Assembly: GCA_951406725.2 (NCBI GenBank)
Contig: OX597824.1
Location: forward strand, 98,208,001 to 98,272,000
DNA: 64,000 nucleotides
DNA from: Octopus vulgaris
Taxonomy: Eukaryota
Reading direction: 5' to 3'
Shown piece after piece: positions 52,959 through 64,000 of the stretch. A model generated the notes under the pieces. The model saw nothing but the letters and a program-made list of their open reading frames with translations. It ran no database searches and was not told where the DNA came from. The position numbers and the translations under genes are program-made. How positions within the stretch are numbered: position 1 is the first letter of the stretch; every line of letters starts with the position of its first letter.

Positions 52959-54792
52959 TGGGGGTGGCATACGCTGTAGCAACATGTCATTGCATCCAGC
53001 ATTCGTTGGTGACTCCCTAATCCTGACGGATGACACCGTTTCCCCACTCAGGTGACAACCCTCCAACCCACGGGTGTCTTCCAAGTAGTCGTTGCTGGTG
53101 AGGGTTTTACGAGGTCGGAGTGCAAATCTTACCTCGACCTCTTTTAGTCGCCTTTCACAACACCGAATGTTGGGTCCATTCTTTGACACGCCGATCCCCA
53201 CACAGCACAAGTTTGTAAGCGTAAGATCTTTCCCGAACGATGAAGGCCGCGTTTCTTGCTCCGATTGAACCCCTTGGATTGAACTCCCTCTCCTCTCAAT
53301 TTGCATACTTCTCTTTCCTCACCTTTTTTATCCTCTTGTCAAGATGACCCGTTTAGGGCCTGCAAGGTTGTGAGAGAGAAGGGGTGGGGAATAACCTCAA
53401 ACCAGAAAACTGATCCTAATGTTTCCAACATAGTGGAATCGGCTGAAGGTACCTAAGCAAGGTACCAAGTAATGCAACTAAACTCACTGAATTAGACCAT
53501 GGAGGGATTTCAACTCAAAACGAAAAGAGCCAGAACAAATACCACAAGGCATCCGGATCGAGTTGTTACCTTTCTCTGGATTACATCGCCTTTTGCCTTT
53601 GACCCCTGAAAGGTTGAAAGGCAGAACCACCTTCGTTGAGGTTTGAACTCAGACAACAGAGATTCAAAGCCTTTTGTCCGACTCGCTCGCGACTCAACTA
53701 ATTCCCCTGTTTATCTGTCTACGTCTACCTTGGAACTGTATCCACCAGTCTCTCTTTTCTTCCCTCTCTCATTCTCTCTCTTTCTCCTCTTCCTCTTCCC
53801 TTTCTACCCCCCCCACCGCCACACAACTTATCGCTCTCTTCATACCTGTCCCCCCCTCTCTATTTCTCTCATTCCCCGTGACTCCCTTCACTCCCACTCC
53901 CCTATCTTCCTCTCCACACCATTCTCCAAGCCTTACTCAACTCATCAGACAGCATCCTCCTCCTCCTCCGCCACTTGCATCACCATCCCTATCCTATTGA
54001 TTTCCACACTCTCTTACTCCTTCGCTCTCTCTCTCTCTCTCTCTCATTTCTCCTCCCCCCACACACATCGTATTCGCTTCCATTTCCCACCTCCTCCTCT
54101 TCCTCTCTCTCATCAACACTCCTCTTCTGCTTCTCTCTTTTCTTCCTCTCGCTTCCGCCTTCACAGTTCTTCTCCATTTCCTTCATCCCTCCCTCCCCCC
54201 CCACCGCCTCCTGCCTCTCTCACACTTTCACTCCATTTCCATCTCTATCTGCCCCCATTGTGGCAATGGCCGTGGTGGTGGTGGTGGTGGTGGTGGCGGT
54301 GGTGGTGGTGGTGGGTGGTGGTGGTGGTGGTGGTGGTGGTGGTGGTGGTGGTGGTGGTGGTGGTGGTGGTGCTTATTGTGGTAGTTGCTGTAGCAGCAGC
54401 AGCAGCAGCAGCAGAGCACGGGAGATGCACTTAACACAGACACCTTATATCTCCGGATTGCATGCAGACACGTGCGTCAGTACGTGTGTGCGCGCGTGCG
54501 CGTGTGATTGTGTGTGTATGTGTGTGTATGTATGTGTGTGCAATTGAGTATATATGTGTGTATGTATATATATATAAAACAGATGTGATACACATTCATA
54601 CATACACACACAGACATGTAATCAATATATATATATATATAAATATATATATATTTGTGTACATACATACACGCAGGCGCGCATGTAAGTGCAAACAAAT
54701 AGATGGATAACAAAATCACACACACACACACAGAATCTGGGATAAAGTATGAGTGTGTTTCAACAGGGCCCATCTCAGTTTGCAGGGAGTTT

Positions 54793-54834
<42 letters not shown>

Positions 54835-54858
54835 AAGGATAGAAACAGACAGCTACAC

Positions 54859-54905
<47 letters not shown>

Positions 54906-55027
54906 CAGAGAAAGATGATGATGAATGCTACAAGATGTTAGTTATACGTCGGTAATATATTGTGGAGGGATATCAACAGATAACTGAATATACATACACA
55001 CACACATATATATTGTGTGTGTGTATA

Positions 55028-55073
<46 letters not shown>

Positions 55074-55241
55074 CACCACATGCACACACATAAATATGTA
55101 CAAATATATGTATATATATATATATATATATATTGGCCTGCCCGCTTAGCCAGCGGGGTGGCGTCATTTGAAGGCTAAAACAATGTGAAGCGCATTGTGA
55201 CTAGCGATGTGTAACAACATCTGATAGCCTGATCGGTCACG

Positions 55242-55294
<53 letters not shown>

Positions 55295-55483
55295 GCGTAT
55301 ATATAGATGTGTGTGTGTATGTGCAAGTACATGTATATGAATATATATGTATGTATAGGTATATTTGTATTCATATGTACGTATACTATATTATACATAG
55401 TAGTACCTATATAATGTATGTGTCTGTGTATCTTTGTGTGTGTATGATTCTACTCATATATAGATATAGATATATATATATAT

Positions 55484-55522
<39 letters not shown>

Positions 55523-56672
55523 TATAGATAGATGTATATTTCTCTATACGTGGGAAATATGTATATATGCATATGTGTGTATATATATGTATATATATGT
55601 GTGTATGTATATGTGTGTGCGGGTATGCGTGGGGGGTGTAGGTCGTCATGTGTGCATATACATTCGCTTCTGTGTTTATATAGAAGCTGCCATTTTAATC
55701 GAGTCAGTGACGTACAACCAACGCACATACACATACATAAATACATCTATATATGTATGAGCATATAAACACATACACACACACACACACATGTATGCAT
55801 ACAAATATATTTATCTGCACACATACATAGAGATAACGTATTCATACGTATATTTACACATAAATGCACACACACACACACACACTTCTTTGATGTTGAT
55901 GCTGTCCCGCCATCTTCATTGTCCATTATCTGTAAGCTGGAGCATCTCTCGGGAGACCGTAGTCTCTTATCTTCCAGCTTGCTTCACAACAACAACAACA
56001 GGAATAAAAATAAATACTGCAACAGCAACAACAACAACCTCAGCAGCATCTGTGTCGAGATAAACGATCGCAGAACTAGCACCGATACTGCAACATACCA
56101 GCACCAATGCGTGAGATGCAAACACCAACACTACCACATTAACATACTAACGCCAACACCACAATATCGACATACTAGTACCAACACTGCAACATATTTG
56201 CAGCAACACTACCATCTCAGCGTACTTGTAGCATCACAAACACAGCCACAGCAGCAACGACCATACTACTTCCGGTTTCTACTTTCATACAAGAGAAATT
56301 AGAAAAGAAAATTGGAAATGAATAAAAAACAAAGATAAATGGATTGCATAGGAGAAGGGGGAGAACAGAAGTAGAGAGAGGGGGAGAAACAGAGGGGAGA
56401 GAGAGAGAGAGAGGGGGAATAAGAGGGACGGAGAGAGAGGAGGAACGGAGAGAGATCTATGTTGTAAGAGAAATAGAGAGAGAGAGAGAGAGAGAGATAA
56501 GGAGGACAAGGTTGAGGGAGAGAGAGAATTAAGAGCTACACACAGATATATCTGAGAATCTTTGTATAGAGCAGGATAGAGGAATAGAAAGAGGGTGTCG
56601 ACAGGTGAAAGAGATATAAGAGAGAAGGAAATCTGGGAAGAAAGGAAGAAAAAGAAAAAGAAAACCGAATAA

Positions 56673-57008
<336 letters not shown>

Positions 57009-57513
57009 GATTTTCAATTCCGATTTGACGACATTATACAACCGCCTTTTATTATCTTCTACAACGGAATATTCAGGTAGGAATTTACGTTCGTTTTTTT
57101 TTGTTTTTTTTCACTCTGATAAATTTCTTTAACGAAACAATCTGCTTTTTGTGCTGCTGTTTAGACAATCATCGTTTTGTATTGAATGTTAACTCACCGA
57201 CATACACTGTTATTGTTTCCAGCATCTTGACTGTGGCCATGCTGGAGCAACACTATTTGCGCACATCGATGCATATAAACACACCTAGATTGTATATGTG
57301 AGTGCGTGAGTGTTTGTATGTGTGTGTAAGGCATGTATATCATATGTGTGCATGCATGTATACATGTGTGTACATATTAAAAATAAATGTATATAATACA
57401 TTTTTTCCCCATTTTACTGGGGTTTTTTTAATATCTCCTGCATGAAAATAGAATCCGGAAGTAGTATGGCTATAATTGTTATACCTAGCTTGTTGCTGGG
57501 TAAGTGTGTGTTA

Positions 57514-57564
<51 letters not shown>

Positions 57565-57568
57565 GATG

Positions 57569-57600
<32 letters not shown>

Positions 57601-57613
57601 ATATGCATGTATG

Positions 57614-57672
<59 letters not shown>

Positions 57673-59405
57673 ATGTATATGTATATAATTTAGCATATAT
57701 ATATTATATAAGATTATATATAACATAATTTAATATATTATATATTTATATGTAGAGAGAGAGGGGGAGAGAGAGAGAAAGTGAGTGGGTGAGCGATGCA
57801 CGCGTATATGTGAAATTTGGAGATTTAAGTTGTGTGCATGTGTGTGTGACTTCGTGTGTCACACACATGAAGTGTGTGTGACACATACTAACATACATAC
57901 ATGCATACATATATACACACACACACATATATATATATATATGCAGGTATACACACACACATACATACACACACACACACACACATACACACACATACAT
58001 CTTCACACACTCACTCACACATGTACACACACATGCACGCACACAGTGTTAATATGTATGGTCACCATCTCACCTGTTGCAATCTATGGAGCCATTATTT
58101 TATGATATCATTTCTTCTCTTTGAGAAATATTTCTAATTATGGTCCACGGCTGGGAATTTCTGTTGTGCTGTTTGAGCGGGGGGGGGGGGATGTAGCATG
58201 AGGCGACAGGTGATTGCCAGTTGAAATGTAACCTAGCAAATTACTGGTACTTGTATCAACTGTAGAAATGATCGCTGGTAAAGTCGAACCACGGCGGGAT
58301 TTGATCTCAGAACATCCAGAAATTTCGCTAAATATTGATGTTTCATATAAACACACGGCCCCAAATTTGGGGAGAAGGGAGAAGGGAGCAGTTGTTTCGA
58401 TGGACCTCAATATTTAAGTGGTCTATATTTTTGTTTTGATTCGTCCAAGGATGAATTCTACAGCTACCCTCGGCGCAATTTGAACTCGGGATTTCGAGAG
58501 ACCCGACTCAATACTCAAGCCCTTTATTGTTTTGCCAACCGCTCACCTATTTCTGCTAGCAAACGCAGAAGTTGGGAGTATTCGGTTGACGGTCGCGAGG
58601 TCGTGAGTTCGATTCCCGGCGGCGCATTCTGTCCTTCAGCAAGACACTTTATTTCATATTGCTTCAGTCCACTCAACTAGCAAAAATAAGTTGTACCTGT
58701 AATTCAATGGGCCAGCCTTGTCATATTCTGTGTCTCGCTGAATCTGCCTGTGATACGTGTGTCTGTGGAGTGCTCAGCCACTTTCACGTTAATTTCACGA
58801 ACAGGCTGTTCCGCGGTTCAGATCAACTGGAAAACTCGTCTTCGTAACCGACGGAGGACCAGTTAAGTTAGACGTCCAAAATGTGAAAGAGGTTACCATC
58901 ATCTTCTGACCAACTTTTCAAGTCATAACTATCTTATGATCAGAGTTATGATGTGAAATATTTCCCCGTGTAGCAGTTGCTCAACTAAACACTCAGTATC
59001 ATTGCCCTTTGAATTTGGCGTTTTGGGTTCGAATCCCCCCCGGGCTAATTTACCTTTTCTTAGGATGGTAATTATTATTTGATAGAATTGTTAGACATTC
59101 GAGCAAAACGACTTGCAACATTAGCTTTCAGCCCTCGTACGTTCTCGGTTCAAATCGCAACGGGACTGCTTTTGCTTCCATTCTTCCTGCAAGCAACAGA
59201 ATATAGCTTCAGTCAAGTGTTTGAGCTGATAAACCCCACCCCACCCATTCCCGCCCAAAGTGTGGCTTTGCTTTGCCGATGTCAGAAATGTCAGATTAAT
59301 GTTATGTTTACAGTTCCGTAATGGAGCCTTTTGCGACCTCGTGTATTTTAATATACATACACATATACGTGCATACATACATACATACATACATACATAC
59401 ATACA

Positions 59406-59437
<32 letters not shown>

Positions 59438-59526
59438 CATACATACATATACATGCATACATACATACATACATACATACATACATACATACATACATAC
59501 ATACATACATACATACATAATATATA

Positions 59527-59945
59527 CATGCAGTTACTCAATCCAGATTACAAGTTCAGGTCTGTACCTGTAATTATTGGCGCACCTGGATAACAAGTAA
59601 CAATCTTGAGAAATTGGGCTTCTCAAAGTGAGAAAGTAGAAAGCTCGTTCGAAGACGACAGATCCAATCCATCACTGGAACTGTCAAAATCTGTAAAACT
59701 TTCCAGAAGTTTATCATTGAAGTATGTATGCACATGTCTAGATGTGCAACTATATGCATGAGAATACATGCATAAAGCATACAAATCTGCACCTGTACTG
59801 ACTCCAAATACTGCACGTATGCACACATACAGGTAAACATACTCTGTTGTTGATGTTGAAATTCCAATGAAGAAGCCTTGGATCAAGGTTAGAAACCGGT
59901 TCTTTCTCTATTGGCAAGAAATCACGAAATATAACTAAACAATGA
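59527..59945 (+). mobile_element. 3' end of an RLE-type LINE between (CATA)n tracts
   Basis: MQLLNPDYKFRSVPVIIGAPG...LEKLGF...IQSITGTVKICKTF, then a 3' UTR hairpin. Confidence 0.65.
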
Positions 59946-60249
59946 CATACATACATACATACATACATTCATACATACATACATACATTCATACATACAT
60001 ACATACATTCATACATACATACATACATTCATACATACATACATACATACATACATACGTGTGTGTGTGCGTGCGTGCGTGTGTAAGTATATCGAAATCA
60101 AATTGGCTGCAGTTATTTTTGTGTCGTTTGTGTGGACCCGTTATTTGAAGATGAGGAACCTCTTCTAGTGTTCTTCCCCTATTTAATAAGGGAAAAAAGA
60201 CCTAAAATATTTAGAAACAAGACATCCATCGAGGCGTTGCTAAAAGCAG

Positions 60250-60310
<61 letters not shown>

Positions 60311-62159
60311 AAAGATAGCAGTATTTATACCTTCACATGGAATTTCTTAGAGTAAAAAAGACAAACAAAAGACAGTTACGTTGAACAAAGTCACATTGTT
60401 GACTTTGACAAACAAAAATTAAAATAAATCAAATTAAATTAATTTCTTTGTAAGAAGAATAACAGTTTTTCGTTGTTTGATGAACCACAATGAATCTATT
60501 GACACGATAAACAAAAGACATGGAAGAGGTCTGCTTCGAGGGCAGGGCCTTCTCGGCCGAGGTATATATGTATACAGGGAAGGGCAAGATGGAAAGGCAA
60601 CATGACTGCTTTAACAAAAATGATGTGGGGTTTAAATAACCTCAAAATAAAGAAAAATGTTGAATGAGGCGTTGATGGATGTGTGGGCGATAAGTATTTT
60701 AGTAAGCGAAACACCGATGACAAGGCAAGGTGAGAGGCTGACTTACTGCGTCACATACCTGAGACCACAAGCTGGTGTCGCCGCAATATTTAGAGCGGCA
60801 CAATACAAGGGTCTTTGTCAGGGACGTTGACTCTTGGTTTGTTACCATATTTGCGGCACAGTACGGGCAAGTGGTTTGTGCAAGGATAAGAAGGAAACAG
60901 TATATGGTCGGTTGAGGGCCATTAAGATATTATGGGGACAGAAAAAGTGCATTTGACTGTTTGTATAAAACAGAAATCCCATCTGCTATATCGGTGACAT
61001 TAAGATCCACTTGAGGGCTTTTCGTGAAGCGCAATTGAGAAAATAGGGAGAGAGAGAGAATGGGGGGGGGTAGGCAAGAGCAAAAGCGGCAACAACGACA
61101 GTCATAACAACAACAATAACAACAGGCTCCAAAAACTATTGTTTCCAGAGCACCACCAGTTGCAAATCCCACCTCGTCGAGGAGCAGAAGATCAGGAAGC
61201 AGGAAGCAGTGGAGCCCTCGCGCCTATCATGCTTTCTTCGTCGAATTGGAACGTAATTGAGATTGGAGAGTGAAACTTGTAGAAGAAAACAAAGGGAAAA
61301 TTGAAACCTGAAAAGAAAGGAGACTGAATTGATGATGTGGTGGGTTTCACTTTTGGATAACATGAAGTACCAACGTGTTTTCTAATGGGAATAATGGGCG
61401 TCCTGGAAGGAGACAATAAGGGCTGAAATGCAAGTGGATATAGGGTCAGACTTCAGAGCACACTCGGATGATAAGCGTCTGTCATAACCTGAAGATATGA
61501 CCTGCTTCATGCTTCATCCAACGCAACGGTTATTCATTCAGTGTCGAGCCACAACAAACGGCCTTTGACAGATTTTTGGAACTTTCTCATGTCCAGTTGG
61601 TATCATAATTTTACCCGAACTGAATCAAGTCGTAACTGGCGTGACTTTTGCCGCTGGACAGCTCCACATTCTTGATGTTTCTACATGTTTCTTTTTGTTT
61701 TTGTTTTTTGAGATCTTTTCTACTTTGCAATGTTTTTGCGAGCAGGAATTGCAACTCCTTTTATGAGGTGGTCCCTTAATACCATGTTGTGTATAACGAT
61801 ACCTGATCTAAGGTGCTGCTCTGCTAAATTGTTCTGCCTGAATATCAAAGAATCTTTAGTTCATTTAGAGACTTCTCTGATACAAGTTGTGCTGTCATTT
61901 GTTTGAAGTGTTGCAACCAGTTGCATCGTGACAAACCAAATCACGATGCAGTGTTTGTTCTTTCCTTCTCAATCCACATTTTACAAACTGCAACAAAATG
62001 CTCAACATTTTCCACTCATTTATTCATGAATCAGTGTTAAGGACTTGAGTTTCGGGCAATTACCTACAAAGCTCTTGTTTCTCTCTTTGTATCTCCATTC
62101 CGGGGCCACTGGTGATTCATGGTTTTCCTATTCTTGGTTTTATTATTGTTGTTGTTGTT

Positions 62160-62945
62160 GTTGTTTGACTTTTGCTTTGCATTTGTACAAGTTGGCTCCA
62201 AGTCTCACCCAGAGACCACAAGAGACAACAAGTTAGAAGTTCGTGATGTTGTTATGCCTAGGGTGCTATATATTTAATTTTGTACATAGTGTTGTTCTAG
62301 AGAATGTTTAAGAAACCATAAGAAAATTATGTGTTTGTTTTAAAATTTTAGATTACATAGAAAGTATTTTGCGTAGGATATGGCCAGTTCCCATGAGCAC
62401 TATCTTTTGAATTTCTGCCATTTTCAGGTTTCCCGATATCTGAGCTAGGTAGCAATCAGCCCCTTTTGCTAGCATTCTCAGGGCACCTATGACAACAGGT
62501 ATTGTTCTAGTTTTCAGGTTCCATATTTTGCTAATTTCTATTTCAAGATCTTTATATTTGCTCAGTTTTTTGGTAGGTCTTGACAGATACGTTTATATCG
62601 ATTGGGACAGTCATATCAATGAGGAAGCATGATTTTTATCTGAAGTCTTTCAATATGATGTCTGGCCTATTTGCATCTATCTTTCTATCAGTTTGAATGG
62701 GGAAGTTCCAGAAGAGTGAGATGTGGTCATTTTCAAGCACTGGAGATGGTTTGTGTTCCCACCAGTTTTTTTCATGGGGCAAGTCCAGGCTTTTGCAAAT
62801 TACCCAGTGAATATATTGTGCAGCTCTATCATGCCTGTTGCAAGAAAACTGCACATGGAGTCAACAAGATCAATCGTTTCATTTTGTTGTTGACATACAC
62901 GACATATTGGGAAGCTGCCGTTCTTTAATATGTTGGCCTGGTAGT
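62160..62945 (-). mobile_element. Second R4/Dong-clade LINE 3' fragment, close copy of 31565-32360
   Basis: RHDRAAQYIHWVICK...IQTDRKIDANRPDIILKDFR; the 3' end abuts (CAA)n. Confidence 0.88.
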
Positions 62946-64000
62946 TCGGTGGTGGTGGTGGTGGTGGTGGTGGTGAGTTGGCGGATCGTTAGCGTGTCGG
63001 ACAGAATGCTCGGCGGTATTTTTACGGCGTCTTTACACCCTGAGTTCAAATTCTGCGAAAGTTAAATTTGTTTTCATATTTTGGGGTCGATAGAATAAGC
63101 AACAGTTGAACACAGGAGTCGATGTAATCAAATTGCCCCTCCCCTCATAAACTGCAGGTCTTGTACTCAGCTTAGAAAGTATTATCAGTGTTATTCTACC
63201 AGCTTCATCATACAGTCGACGGGAAAACCAACCTTCACATTCTAAAGAGTGTTAATAGAGGATAAAAGTGATGATGGGTGGGTATCGACTAGGACAGCTT
63301 AAGTAATCTTTTCGGGGGGGGGGACTTTCAGAAGACTGGGGGCAACTTCCGAAAGTTCTGCCAGAGTGTATTACGGGAGAAGTGGTAGGCATTGTCTGTT
63401 CAAGATAAACTCCACGAGTTTTCAGTCGTGTTGAAGCCGCCAACAAGCAAACTTGTCTGAGACGTACACATGGCACTGTAATCAGTTTAGCGCTGTTTTT
63501 TGTTTGTTTTGCTATATCCGCTCCCCACCTTTTTGTTTTATAAATTTAGCATCAGTTTCTGGTAATCTGTCTCCTAACAATTTAGTTCCACTTTTGATAA
63601 TCTCTCCCTGTTTTTCTGTATATTTTTTTCATTCATACAAGACAACGAACGTGTTCATGGCTGGTTTTTAATCTGTTCTGGATTTACGTAATCAAGGCCA
63701 AGTCGGTACCTGGACGTTGTTTAGAATGTTCTCAGTACTAGTTTCACTTTCTGAAGGCACCAATTTTATTTTGTCGAACTGTATCTGACATGGAAGAATT
63801 TTGGTTGCTATAAGTCAATTTAAGAGAAGTTGGTTCCATATTCTAATAGCACTATCACTATCGATGCTTCATAATTTGAAATGGTGAGTAGGGGTGGGGG
63901 TGGGATTGGCATAAAGCCAGGGTTTGTTGATAATTAAAGTGTTTATGAAATAAAATTGAGGGGACATTGTCAGCTGCTAAATCAACATCCGAACCAATTC

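Noticed and set aside
52664-53306. ORFs interrupted by (TAG)n
   Set aside because: Possibly decayed LINE sequence, but no motif could be identified with confidence.
53643-54547. 263-aa and 190-aa ORFs
   Set aside because: CT-rich low-complexity and (GGT)n sequence with no domain signal.

Overview
AT-rich, microsatellite-dense animal genomic DNA; the SINE, LINE and microsatellite content looks like an Octopus-type cephalopod genome (inference). The left third holds a minus-strand, multi-exon DNAAF1/LRRC50 gene (axonemal dynein assembly factor 1), reconstructed by hand from splice sites and reading phase. It has a putative non-coding exon 1 near 21.0 kb with an RFX X-box and 14 coding exons (about 1,040 aa), and it runs off the left edge. 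It includes an unusual 1,164-bp exon carrying 36 in-frame 10-aa Cys/acidic repeats. The right two-thirds holds two co-oriented, intronless InaF-motif membrane-protein ORFs (27406-27714 and 56721-57008). Each is followed 57-68 nt after its stop by a consensus splice donor, which resembles the Drosophila inaF design of complete ORFs in alternative first exons. The rest is transposon debris (mariner, DD37D-type Tc1/mariner, hAT, Helitron, Gypsy, R4/Dong, CR1/L2, Tx1, Penelope-like, tRNA SINEs) plus about ten minimal hammerhead-ribozyme motifs, many in (TA)n-associated fold-back elements. Most ORFs in the supplied track are microsatellite artefacts. Repeat boundaries are approximate.
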